DNA of 44,760 bases from Planctomycetota bacterium (GTDB lineage Bacteria > Planctomycetota > SZUA-567 > H5-PLA8). Below the pieces are notes generated by a model. The model did no database searches. It saw nothing but the letters and a program-made list of their open reading frames with translations, and had not been told where the DNA came from. Positions 28,347 to 37,370 of this stretch are shown piece by piece (within the stretch, counting starts at the first letter, position 1; each line of letters starts with the position of its first letter). The stretch is from NCBI GenBank assembly GCA_045863855.1, contig BTVV01000045.1, positions 1 through 44,760 of the forward strand, in the 5' to 3' direction. Made by a program: the position numbers and the translations under genes.

Positions 28347-29864
28347 ATGGCCCGCAGTCCCCATTACTCCGAGGTGGAAGTGAAGGCCGGATTGTTCCTG
28401 GCCTTCTGCCTCGCCTTGTTCGTGGGGATGCTGATCCTCTACGGGCGGGTCTCGCGTTTTTGGCGCGAGCGCCAGGAGGTAAACGTCATTTTCGCTTCGG
28501 TCAGCGCGCTGCGCCCCGAAGCCGCGGTGCGTTACAACGGCGTCGAGATCGGCCGCGTCAAGACCATGCGGATCGTGCATCTCGATCCCAGCGTGCTCGC
28601 GCGGATCAGGCCGTTCCACCGCTCCAACCTCGACGACCTGCCGCTGACGGAGAACCAGCGCCGCGAGCTGCGTCTGGTCCCCGATTACGACTTCGATAAA
28701 GCCGTCAAGGAAGCGCTGCTCGAAAAGACCATGATCCAGCTTTCGCTCGAAGTGCTCGTCGAGGGACACCACCGGCGGTACCGCGAGGACGATTCGGTTC
28801 GCATCGCCAATACGATTCTGGGCGACGCGAGCATCGAGATCGTGTCCGGGAACGGGCGCCCGCTGGAATCGGAGGAAGACACCATCCTCTTCGGCAGTTC
28901 GGGCGATTTCTTCCAGAGCTTGGCGCGCAGCGTCGATCAGGTGGAGGACGTCTTGTCCAGCGTCACCGACGTGGTGGGGGCGCAGGAACGCCTGGCCTTC
29001 AAGCGCGCCTCGGTGCGCGTGGACGCGATCATGACGCGCTTCGGGGAGATGACTGCGATTTCGGAAAAGCGCGCGTCGATCACCTCCGAAAAGTTCAACA
29101 AGCTCGACGACGCTTCCTCCGGAGCCATGGACAGCGCGGGCAAGCTCTTCGAACGCCTGCAGCCCGATTCCGCGCGGTTGTTCGACACGCTCTCCGTTGC
29201 GCGGCGCGACGTCAGCGACCGGCTGCAGCGGTTTCAGGACACCACCAAGCAAGCCCGCGCCGAAACGATGGGCGTCTTCAACCGGATTCAGGACGACGTG
29301 CGCTTCATGCTCTCCAACAGCAGCCCGCATCTGGAGGAGATGAAAGCCAACCTGCAGCGTCTGGCCATGACCTTGGGCGGCGTGACCGACCGGGTGAGCA
29401 ACATGGAGCACATGGCGTCGCGGTCCCTGGAGCAGTCCATGCCGGACCTCGAACGCGGCGTCGAAGGGATCAAGATCAGCGCCGAGAATCTCAAGACGCT
29501 GCGCTACATCCGTGAGATCACCGACAAGCTGATCTCCAGCAAGGAACTGGGCGAGCACAATTTTTACACGATGCTGGATACGTACGACCGCCTGCAGCGC
29601 ATTGCGCGCCCGCCGCGCGATGCGCTGGCCGATGTCGAATCCTTGCGCGCGTACGTACGCGGCTATCCCGAACCCAATCCTCCGCTGACCGAAGCGGACC
29701 TGGACCGTGTGAACGCGAAGATTCGTAAATTTGCCCAGGAGTTGGACGATGCGCGCACCGAAGCGGGGGGGACGTTTCTGCCGCCCTTTACCGGGAACGC
29801 GAACGCTTCGGGCAAGCCGTTCGTGCGCAAGCGCGCCGGGCGGGTGGAAATTCCGGTGAAGTAA
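28347..29864 (+). CDS. MCE/MlaD family protein with long helical C-terminus (paralog 2)
   Basis: EVKAGLF plus TM helix, VRYNGVEIGRV, TILGDASIEIVSG. Confidence 0.87.
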   Translation: MARSPHYSEVEVKAGLFLAFCLALFVGMLILYGRVSRFWRERQEVNVIFASVSALRPEAAVRYNGVEIGRVKTMRIVHLDPSVLARIRPFHRSNLDDLPLTENQRRELRLVPDYDFDKAVKEALLEKTMIQLSLEVLVEGHHRRYREDDSVRIANTILGDASIEIVSGNGRPLESEEDTILFGSSGDFFQSLARSVDQVEDVLSSVTDVVGAQERLAFKRASVRVDAIMTRFGEMTAISEKRASITSEKFNKLDDASSGAMDSAGKLFERLQPDSARLFDTLSVARRDVSDRLQRFQDTTKQARAETMGVFNRIQDDVRFMLSNSSPHLEEMKANLQRLAMTLGGVTDRVSNMEHMASRSLEQSMPDLERGVEGIKISAENLKTLRYIREITDKLISSKELGEHNFYTMLDTYDRLQRIARPPRDALADVESLRAYVRGYPEPNPPLTEADLDRVNAKIRKFAQELDDARTEAGGTFLPPFTGNANASGKPFVRKRAGRVEIPVK

Positions 29865-29869
29865 CCCCG

Positions 29870-29891
29870 CCGCGCGGTTCGAACCGCGCGG
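29870..29891. other. Perfect 22-bp palindrome / intercistronic hairpin
   Basis: CCGCGCGGTTCGAACCGCGCGG, with no U-tract on either side. Confidence 0.7.
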
Positions 29892-29957
29892 GCAGGATTC
29901 ATATCCTTGGCGCGTTTTTTCGCGCCGGGGTTCAGGCAAGGTAGGGAGGATCGGCCG

Positions 29958-31505
29958 GTGGCCAAGGACAGCGGGTACTCCAGCGCGGAGGTCAAAGCGG
30001 GTCTCATTTTGACTTTCTGTCTGGCCTTGTTCGTTTCGATGTTGTTCATCTACGGCAAGGCTTCGCGCATCTGGAAAGGCCGGCAGGAACTGACGGTCTT
30101 CTTCACCTCGGTGACTTCGCTGCGCCCCGACGCGCCGGTGCGCTTCAACGGCGTTGAAGTCGGCCGCGTGCGCAACATCCGCATCGTGAACCTGACGGAG
30201 AAGAACCTGGCGCGCCTCCCGCGCTTGGGCCTGCGCGATCTGGACCACCTGCCGCTGACCGAGAAGGAGAAGGTCGAGCTGCGTCGTGTCGAACTACCGC
30301 CTCCCGACGCCGACGAGGCCACGCGCACCGCGGCCGCCGAGGCCTACCACAAGGCCATCAGCGAGAAGATCGCCGAACGGACCATGATCGAGCTGGTCCT
30401 GGAAGTTCTGAGCCCCAAGGACGCCGACAGCGGCGGGAAGCGCTACCGCAACGACGACCGCGTGCGCATCAACACCACGCTGCTGGGCGATACCTCCGTC
30501 GAAATCGCCTCCGGCAGCGGGGAAGCCATCGACATGGCCGCCGAACGCGTCCTGCTGGGTATCTCGGGAGACTTCTTCACTAACCTGGGCCGCAGCGTCG
30601 AGCAGGTGAAGGAGATCCTGGCCTCGGTCAGCGACGTCGTCGGTCCCGACGAACGCGAGAGCGTGCGCAAGGCGCTGCGCCGCTTCGACACCATTACCGA
30701 GAAGATCGAGACGATCGCCGACGTCTCGCACAAGCGTCTGCCCGTCACGTGGGACAAGATTGACCTGCTGGCCGACAGCGCCAAGAAGGACCTTGACGCC
30801 ATCGGCGACACCGTGACCGGCCTGCAGCCGCAAATTTCAAAGACCCTCACCAGTGCCGACGAGGCGGTGAAGGATCTCCAGAAGCGCTTGGGCGATCTGG
30901 CCGACGAAGCCCGCCAGGCCGTCGTGGAAGTGAAGGGGCAGGTCAAGCCGATCCTCGAAGACGTGCATTACATCACGCAGAACAGCAAGGACGACTTCCC
31001 CGAGCTGGTCAAAAACAGCAAGGAACTCGCCGCGCGCTTGAAGCTCAGCGCCGACAAGCTCGACGGGGTGCTCCAGACCGGCGAACGGCTGCTCAACGAA
31101 AGCTACGGGGACTTCCGGCGCCTGATCCTGGCCTTCCGCCGTGGCAGCGAGAACTTCGAGGAAGCGACCAACCTGATCAAGCGCAAGCCTTGGCTGCTCC
31201 TGAACAAGGCCGAGAAGGAATCCGAGTTCACCGACGCCAACCAAGCCGTGCAGAAGCTGGAAGTGGCCATGAAGCAGTTTAAGGATCTGAACCTCGAGCT
31301 TCAGGCGATCCGCCGCAACCTTCCCAATCCGCCCAACGAAGTCCAGATGCAGCGCATGAACCACGTGATCCAGCAGTTGGATATCCTGATGGATACCTTG
31401 GGCAGCGCCGGCGATGTGATGCGCAAACAGGTTCGCCCGGAGTTTCAGCGCAAGCAAGGAGCCTTCGTGGACGCGCCTGAAACGCAGGAAGTGCTCAAGC
31501 GGTAA
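29958..31505 (+). CDS. MCE/MlaD family protein with long helical C-terminus (paralog 3)
   Basis: GGGAGG RBS and GTG start. EVKAGLI plus TM helix, PVRFNGVEVGRV, TLLGDTSVEIASG, KRKPWLLL near the C-terminus. Confidence 0.87.
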   Translation: MAKDSGYSSAEVKAGLILTFCLALFVSMLFIYGKASRIWKGRQELTVFFTSVTSLRPDAPVRFNGVEVGRVRNIRIVNLTEKNLARLPRLGLRDLDHLPLTEKEKVELRRVELPPPDADEATRTAAAEAYHKAISEKIAERTMIELVLEVLSPKDADSGGKRYRNDDRVRINTTLLGDTSVEIASGSGEAIDMAAERVLLGISGDFFTNLGRSVEQVKEILASVSDVVGPDERESVRKALRRFDTITEKIETIADVSHKRLPVTWDKIDLLADSAKKDLDAIGDTVTGLQPQISKTLTSADEAVKDLQKRLGDLADEARQAVVEVKGQVKPILEDVHYITQNSKDDFPELVKNSKELAARLKLSADKLDGVLQTGERLLNESYGDFRRLILAFRRGSENFEEATNLIKRKPWLLLNKAEKESEFTDANQAVQKLEVAMKQFKDLNLELQAIRRNLPNPPNEVQMQRMNHVIQQLDILMDTLGSAGDVMRKQVRPEFQRKQGAFVDAPETQEVLKR

Positions 31506-31709
31506 AGGGTTCCCGGCGATACCCAAGAGCTTTCTGGCACGGAGTTTGAAGAAAGCGCAGAACGTGGTGCTTAGCGCCGATTCTGCCTTGCAAAGAACTT
31601 TGTGAGGTGTACAGTTCGGCCCATCGGTCCAAGAGTTGAAAATTTTTGCATACTCAGCTAGGGGTCGCCGGCGCCACCGGCGGTCTGGCTACCTGGAGGA
31701 GGCTCATCC

Positions 31710-32042
31710 ATGGCGCACGTTGTCTGCTCTCCCTGTGTCGGAACCCATGACACGGCTTGCATGAAGGTCTGTCCGGTCAATTGTTTCTACGACGTGCCGC
31801 TGACGGAAGTGGGCGTGGACGAGCCCGCCGACGCCGCCGCTAACGAAGAACTCAAGAAAATGCTGATCATCAACCCCGACGAGTGCATCGACTGCGGGCT
31901 GTGCGTACCGGAATGCCCGGTGAGCGCGATCTTCCCGCTCGACGAAGTGCCCGAAGAAGAACAGAAGTACATCGAGATCAACTCGGGCTGGTTTGCGGGC
32001 AAAGAAACCGAAGCCCTGGACGCGCACCGCATCACACCCTGA
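31710..32042 (+). CDS. Dicluster (7Fe/FdxA-like) ferredoxin
   Basis: C...D.AC..VCPVNCF and INPDECIDCGLCVPECPVSAI. GGAGGAGG RBS. Confidence 0.92.
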   Translation: MAHVVCSPCVGTHDTACMKVCPVNCFYDVPLTEVGVDEPADAAANEELKKMLIINPDECIDCGLCVPECPVSAIFPLDEVPEEEQKYIEINSGWFAGKETEALDAHRITP

Positions 32043-32068
32043 TGCGCCGGATGTGCCGTATGAGATCG

Positions 32069-32105
32069 AACGCCCGCCTGGAAGCTCCAGGCGGGCGTTT
32101 TTTTT
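32069..32105 (+). terminator. Intrinsic terminator of the ferredoxin gene
   Basis: Stem AACGCCCGCCTGGA/TCCAGGCGGGCGTT running into a T-tract. Confidence 0.9.
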
Positions 32106-32139
32106 ATGCCGCTGCACGGTGCATGGACGTCGGAATGCA

Positions 32140-32167
32140 GGAACAATCCGGCCGCTCAACGCGTCTA
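32140..32167 (+). promoter_or_regulatory. Candidate ECF-sigma promoter
   Basis: GGAAC-N17-CGTCTA between the terminator and the next start codon. Confidence 0.4.
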
Positions 32168-32210
32168 ACCCGTAGTGGCGCCAACGGGTTTCGGGAGCGC
32201 GAAGCGAATC

Positions 32211-35200
32211 ATGCCTGAATCCACGCGCCCTTCGCTCGATGCCCCGCCGCCGCGCGCCGAAGCACCGCTGTCCCCGCCGGCTTCCCTGAATACGCCTTGG
32301 GCGCACGATCCGGTTGCTTTGGGTCTGCGCACCATCGTGCGCCGGGAGCGGCTGTACCACCTCCTCGCGATGCTGGTGGCGCTGGTGGCTGGCGCCGTCA
32401 TGTACCTCTTGGCCGAGATGATCGGCGACCGTGTCTGGGAGTTCGAGAGCCTTACGCGCTGGACGCTGCTGCGCGCGGCCGAGGCGGGGCTGATCGGACT
32501 GGGGCTGATCGCGGGCCTCTGGGTTCTTTTGCGCCGCCGCCATCCGCTCTTTCATGCGCGCGAGATAGAACGCGCGCTGGATCTGCACGACGAAGCGTTG
32601 ATCACCTACGTGGACCTGCGCCGTCGCAGCACGCTGGAGCCGGCGCAAGCCGAAGCGGCGGCGGTGTTGGGCGAACAGGCGCGCCGGCGGCTGCTGGAGG
32701 TCGACGCCGACCGGGTCGTGGACGTTCGTCCGCTGGCGTGGGCGGCGCGGGCGTGCGGAGCGAGTCTGGTGTTGCTGGTGCTTTTCGGCTTCTGGTGCGG
32801 CGGCACGTTCTGGCTCACGTTCAAGCGCGCGGTGCAGCCGTGGCGGGAACTGCCGGTCCCGCGCGAGACGCAGATTCTGGAGGTCAAGCCAGGGACCGCG
32901 GAGGTCGTCGCCGGGGAGCCCGTACCCTTTGTCGTCAAGGTGCGCGGCGAAGAACCCAAGACCGGTGCGCTGCATTACCGGATCGTCGGTGAAGCGGCCG
33001 AAACCGAGGCGAAGCTGGCCCGCACGCCGTCGGGAACGTACGAAGTCGAGTTGCCCGGATTCACGCGGCCGGTGGTGTACCGCGTTACGGTGCATGACGC
33101 CGAGGCCGGTCCGTTCCACCTCGCGCCGATCGACCGCCCGCTGGTCAGCGAGGTGCGCGCGCGGATCCATCCGCCGTCGTACGCGCCGCTGGCGCCGGTG
33201 CGCGAAGCGGCGGGCGGCTCGTTGGAGGCCGTTACCGGCAGCCGCATCGAGGTGCTCGCGCGTGTGTATCCCGAACCCATGCCCGCGGAGCGGCTCGCGG
33301 CGGGCGAGTCCGCCGCTTGGCTGGACGTGCAAAGCGTGCGCAAGCCCATGCAGGTCCGCGCGGGCGAAGTTTGCGGGGAGTTTACGCTGGAGCGGGATAC
33401 GCATTTCCGCGTGAGCTACCGCGCGGCCAACGGATTCGATTCCGGCGTGGGAGTGGTCCACCGCGTCAAAGCGCTGCCCGATGCTCCGCCGGCGGCGGCG
33501 TTGCGCTTGGCCGGCCGGGCGGCCGCGTCCACCGTTCCGGCCGACGAGGTGGTGACGCTCTCTGCGCGCGCCTCCGACGATCTGGGCCTCGGACGCGTCT
33601 TCCTGCGCTACGGCGGGCGCGGCCGGCCCGCCCGGACCATCGACCTGAGCCCCGTCCGGCCGGTCACGCTTCACGAAGCGCCCACCACGCTGGACCTGAG
33701 CCGCCTGGAGGCCAAGCCCGGCGACGAACTGGTCTGCATCCTGGTTGCCGAAGACGTCCGCCCGCCGGAGCCGCAGCGGACCGAGAGCGAGCCGCTGGTG
33801 ATTAAGATCGGCGCGCCCGAGCCCGAACGCGCCGCCGACGATCTGGCCGCCGCGCGGCGCGAACTGGATCGCCGCGATCCGTTCGAGGAACTGAAGCGCG
33901 AGCTGAATCGAACCGCCGAGCCGCCCGGCGAGAAGAAGGACGATGCGGCCGCCGACGAGCGCCTGCGCCGCGACCTGGAGCGGCTTCAGAAGCTCGAGGA
34001 GGAACTGCTCAAACGGCTCATGGAACGCCTCAAGCAACTCGACCCGCTCAAGGCCGAAGAAATGTTCGACGATCTGGCCGGCGAACAGGAGAACCTCGCT
34101 GAGAAGCTTGAGAAGCTCGTGAAGGAACTGGAAGCGAGGAAGGCCGCCGCCGATCCCGAAGCCGCCGACCCGGCGAAGGCGCCGGACGCGCCGCCCGGAG
34201 CGAACGATCCTGCGCAAGATCGACCGCAAGCGCCCGGTGAGGCGCAGCCCAACGAGCCGCCGGCCGGTGCACTGGAGCCGAAGGCGAAAGAGCAGGAACC
34301 TAAGCTGCCGAACGAGCCGAAAGGCGGTGAGCAGGAGCCGAAGGGTAAGGAGCCGGAGGCTGATAAGCCAAACGAAGCGAAGGCCGGCGAGCAGGGGCCG
34401 AAGGCGCAGCAATCCGAGATTCAAAAGCCAAAGGAGCCGAAAGCTGGCGAGCAGGATTCGAAAGCGCAGGAGCCCGGAGCACAGCAGCCGAACGAGCCCC
34501 AAGCCGGAGGCTCAGAGTCGATGCCTCAGGAATCCGGCGAGCACGTGCCGGATGTGAAGCAGCCCGGAACTGAGCCTTCTCCAGGCGGACAGGAATCCGC
34601 CGCTCAAGAATCCAAACAGCCCGCCGCGCAGGAAAGCGGGGCGGAGCAACCCGGCACGCAACCCGGTGACTCGCAGCAAGGCGAGCAGCAACCAGGGAAA
34701 CCGCAAGGCGGAAAAGAACCGGACGGCCAACCTGGCGGTGAGCAACCGGGCGGGCAGCCGAATGGCGCCAAGCAGGAAGGCCAAGGGCAAGGCGAAGGAC
34801 AAGGGCAAGGCCAAGGCCAAGGCGAAGGACAAGGCCAAGGACAAGGACAAGGACAAGGCCAAGGACAAGGCCAAGGACAAGGCCAAGGACAAGGCCAAGG
34901 ACAAGGGCAAGGGCAAGGCCAAGGACAAGGGCAAGGGCAAGGCCAAGGCCAAGGACAAGGCCAAGGACAAGGGCAAGGACAAGGGCAAGGCCAAGGCCAA
35001 GGGCAAGGGCAAGGGCAAGGGCAAGGACAAGGACAAGGACAAGGACAAGGGCAAGGACAAGGAGAAGGACAAGGACAAGGACAAGGAGAAGGACAAGGCC
35101 AAGGCCAAGGCGAAGGACAAGGGCAAGGCCAAGGGCAAGGCCAAGGCCAAGGGCAGGGCCAAGGGCAGGGCCAAGGGCAGGGCCAAGGGCAGGGCCAAGG

Positions 35201-35873
35201 GCAGGGCCAAGGGCAAGGCCAAGGCCAAGGCGAAGGACAAGGGCAAGGCCAAGGCCAAGGCCAAGGACAGGGCCAAGGCGGCGGATCGAAGCCGTCGGAC
35301 GGTTCCATGAAACCCGGCGACGGTTCAGGCGGCGGCGGCGGTGGAGGAGGAGGCGGCGAAGGCGGAAATCTGCCGGAAGCCAAGTCCTTGCCCGACCGTG
35401 GAGCGGCGAAGCCGCCGGTGGAAGGCGGTTCGGACGGCGGGATGCCGGGGACACACGAGGCGCTTAAGGAATCGCTCGAGGCCATGCGCGACGTCGCCGC
35501 GCGCTTGCGCGAGAAGAAGCTCGATCCGGCGACGTTGGAACGCGCGCGCGAAGCGCACGCAGGGTTGACCGGTTTCGGGCGCGGCTTCAACGCCGAAGAT
35601 CGCGAACACCTCGAAGCCACCGCCGAACGCATGCGCAACGAACCGCGCGACGGCGAACCGCTGCCCAAGCCGCCTGCCGGTCCTCCCACGGCCAAACTTC
35701 CCGAAGGGCGCGTGCAGGATCGCTTCGACGGCAACGCGATGCGGGGAGTAGAGAACAAGCCGGGCGAAATGGCCGAAGATCCGCTGCGCCGCACGATCGA
35801 AGCGGGTCAGGCCAAGGTGGTGCCCGAGTATCGCAAACCGCTGGAAGAGTATTACAAGGCCGTATCCAAGTAG
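32211..35873 (+). CDS. Large DUF4175-like membrane protein with low-complexity (GQ)n region
   Basis: N-terminal TM helices, beta-rich region (PPSY, A.DDLGL), coiled coil, repeat region, and C-terminal VPEYRKPLEEYYKAV. Confidence 0.75.
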   Translation: MPESTRPSLDAPPPRAEAPLSPPASLNTPWAHDPVALGLRTIVRRERLYHLLAMLVALVAGAVMYLLAEMIGDRVWEFESLTRWTLLRAAEAGLIGLGLIAGLWVLLRRRHPLFHAREIERALDLHDEALITYVDLRRRSTLEPAQAEAAAVLGEQARRRLLEVDADRVVDVRPLAWAARACGASLVLLVLFGFWCGGTFWLTFKRAVQPWRELPVPRETQILEVKPGTAEVVAGEPVPFVVKVRGEEPKTGALHYRIVGEAAETEAKLARTPSGTYEVELPGFTRPVVYRVTVHDAEAGPFHLAPIDRPLVSEVRARIHPPSYAPLAPVREAAGGSLEAVTGSRIEVLARVYPEPMPAERLAAGESAAWLDVQSVRKPMQVRAGEVCGEFTLERDTHFRVSYRAANGFDSGVGVVHRVKALPDAPPAAALRLAGRAAASTVPADEVVTLSARASDDLGLGRVFLRYGGRGRPARTIDLSPVRPVTLHEAPTTLDLSRLEAKPGDELVCILVAEDVRPPEPQRTESEPLVIKIGAPEPERAADDLAAARRELDRRDPFEELKRELNRTAEPPGEKKDDAAADERLRRDLERLQKLEEELLKRLMERLKQLDPLKAEEMFDDLAGEQENLAEKLEKLVKELEARKAAADPEAADPAKAPDAPPGANDPAQDRPQAPGEAQPNEPPAGALEPKAKEQEPKLPNEPKGGEQEPKGKEPEADKPNEAKAGEQGPKAQQSEIQKPKEPKAGEQDSKAQEPGAQQPNEPQAGGSESMPQESGEHVPDVKQPGTEPSPGGQESAAQESKQPAAQESGAEQPGTQPGDSQQGEQQPGKPQGGKEPDGQPGGEQPGGQPNGAKQEGQGQGEGQGQGQGQGEGQGQGQGQGQGQGQGQGQGQGQGQGQGQGQGQGQGQGQGQGQGQGQGQGQGQGQGQGQGQGQGQGQGQGQGQGQGQGQGEGQGQGQGEGQGQGQGEGQGQGQGQGQGQGQGQGQGQGQGQGQGQGQGQGQGQGQGEGQGQGQGQGQGQGQGGGSKPSDGSMKPGDGSGGGGGGGGGGEGGNLPEAKSLPDRGAAKPPVEGGSDGGMPGTHEALKESLEAMRDVAARLREKKLDPATLERAREAHAGLTGFGRGFNAEDREHLEATAERMRNEPRDGEPLPKPPAGPPTAKLPEGRVQDRFDGNAMRGVENKPGEMAEDPLRRTIEAGQAKVVPEYRKPLEEYYKAVSK
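34248..34547 (+). repeat. About five degenerate 60-bp (20-aa) coding tandem repeats
   Basis: Units start at 34248, 34308, 34368, 34428 and 34488 (PNEPP, PNEPK, PNEAK, PKEPK, PNEPQ). Confidence 0.8.
34779..35276 (+). repeat. Hexanucleotide coding repeat encoding 83 G(Q/E) dipeptides
   Basis: 498 bp of GGN-CAA/CAG/GAA units, in frame with the 32211 ORF. Confidence 0.95.
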
Positions 35874-35990
35874 CGCGTCTTAGCGCAGCCGTAAGGCTAT
35901 TTTTCCGGATCGTCCCCTGTTACCGGACGGCGAACCGTCTAGTATTTGAGCGCGGCCTGTCTGGTTTTGAACACGCGGAACCGCTCGACC

Positions 35991-37136
35991 ATGAGCCAAC
36001 GATCGAACGTCAACGCTTTCTCCGCCGGGACGCAGGACACCGGCCTCGATTACGTGCTGGCGCGCGCGTTGGCGCTGGGTGGGAAGCCCTCGTCTGAACT
36101 GCAGCGCGTGCTCGACGAAGCGCAGCGCACGTTGCCGTCGGGCGGCTGGCAGGCCGTGGCGCTGAAGCTGACCGGGCTTTCCGTCGCCGAGGACGCGGCA
36201 CGGCAGACCTTCGAGCGCTTGCTGGCGCATCGCGCCGATCTGGAGCGCGCGCTGGGCCGCCCGGTGCACTTCAAAACCGCCGCCATGGACGGCCTCGACC
36301 GCGCCGAGGCTCAGGCCGGGCAGGCGCCGGCCTCCGATGCGGGCTTGAGTTACGATCAACTGGTGCAGATGGCGTTTCGCGACCATCTGACCGGGCTCGA
36401 GAATTTCCGCTCGTTCACGCGCCGCTACCAGCAGGAGATCCGCCGCGCCGACCGCTACAAACACCTCTGTTCGGTGCTGATGCTGGACCTCGACCGCTTC
36501 AAGCATTTCAACGATACGTTCGGGCACGAGTCGGGGAACGCGGCGTTGCGGCATCTGGCGTCCATCCTGCGCGCGCAGACGCGCGAGACCGACGTCGTCG
36601 CGCGCTACGGCGGCGAGGAATTCGTGGTCATCCTGCCCGAGACGGCGAAACACGAGGCCGCGAGGCTGGCCGAAGAATTGCGCCGCGCCATCGAGGCCGC
36701 GCCGGTGGACCTGAAAGACGCCGGCCGCCAGCCGCTCACCGTCTCCGTCGGGCTCGCCACCTATCCGCGCGACGCCCGCGACGCTCAAACCTTGCTCGAA
36801 CGCTCGGACGAAGCGCTTTACCGGGCCAAGGAAAACGGGCGAAACCGTTTGGAACAGTGCCAGCCCGATTCGGTGGCGGCGCTGCGCTACCGGCCCGAGC
36901 ATCCGGCGGCCGCGCAATCGGTGCATGTCGTCGGCGACTTCAACGGCTGGGACCGCACGATCGACCCGATGCCGCGCGATGCGGCCGGCACCTTCGCGCT
37001 CGAACTGCGCCTCGCCCCCGGGCGCTACGTGTACAAGTTCGTGATCAACGGCGAGTGGTACATGCCCGATCCGCAGGCGACCGAGTACGACCACGACGGC
37101 TTCGGCGGACGCAACTCGGTGCTCTGGGTCAAGTAG
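35991..37136 (+). CDS. Diguanylate cyclase (GGEEF) fused to a C-terminal CBM48/AMPK-beta-type glycogen-binding domain
   Basis: D.LTGL.N, DLDRFK.FNDTFGH, RETD...RYGGEEF, ALYRAKENGRN, then V.VVGDFNGW...LAPGRYVYKFVINGEW..DP. Confidence 0.88.
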   Translation: MSQRSNVNAFSAGTQDTGLDYVLARALALGGKPSSELQRVLDEAQRTLPSGGWQAVALKLTGLSVAEDAARQTFERLLAHRADLERALGRPVHFKTAAMDGLDRAEAQAGQAPASDAGLSYDQLVQMAFRDHLTGLENFRSFTRRYQQEIRRADRYKHLCSVLMLDLDRFKHFNDTFGHESGNAALRHLASILRAQTRETDVVARYGGEEFVVILPETAKHEAARLAEELRRAIEAAPVDLKDAGRQPLTVSVGLATYPRDARDAQTLLERSDEALYRAKENGRNRLEQCQPDSVAALRYRPEHPAAAQSVHVVGDFNGWDRTIDPMPRDAAGTFALELRLAPGRYVYKFVINGEWYMPDPQATEYDHDGFGGRNSVLWVK

Positions 37137-37149
37137 CGCGCGCGCAAGT

Positions 37150-37238
37150 TGGTGCCTCGGGCGGGAATTGAACCCGCACGGCCCCTAAGGGCCAAGGGAT
37201 TTTAAGTCCCTTGCGTCTGCCAGTTCCGCCACCGAGGC
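37150..37238 (-). tRNA. tRNA-Leu (TAA)
   Basis: GCCTCGG acceptor stem, GGGA-CTTAAAA-TCCC anticodon arm, long variable arm, GGTTCAATTCC T-loop, encoded CCA. Confidence 0.96.
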
Positions 37239-37370
37239 AAGTCCTGCACCAAAGTCTACCCGCTTTGCGCACGTCCACCAACCTCCCTGCGCTTGCCGAA
37301 TACGGCGCTCGCGGGCACGCTCGTACTTTCGCGCCTCGAACGCGGGGCTCGAACGGGACCGGAAGCGCGC

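Noticed and set aside
31535..31549. TGGCACGGAGTTTGA sigma54-like motif upstream of the ferredoxin
   Set aside because: The -12 element reads GA rather than GC, and a sigma70-like TTGCAA...TACAGT element lies closer to the gene.
34779..35276. Repeat region as a possible CRISPR array
   Set aside because: 6-bp period, no unique spacers, no cas genes.
34300..35794. ORFs encoding poly(PC/PW), poly(LA/LS), poly(LV/LG) and poly(KA/KD)
   Set aside because: Alternate-frame and antisense readings of the GQ hexamer repeat. Only the GQ frame is embedded in a coherent protein.
37150..37238. tRNA-Leu(TAA) as a bldA-like regulator or as an integration site
   Set aside because: No evidence for regulatory TTA use in this window, and I found no duplicated fragment of this tRNA.
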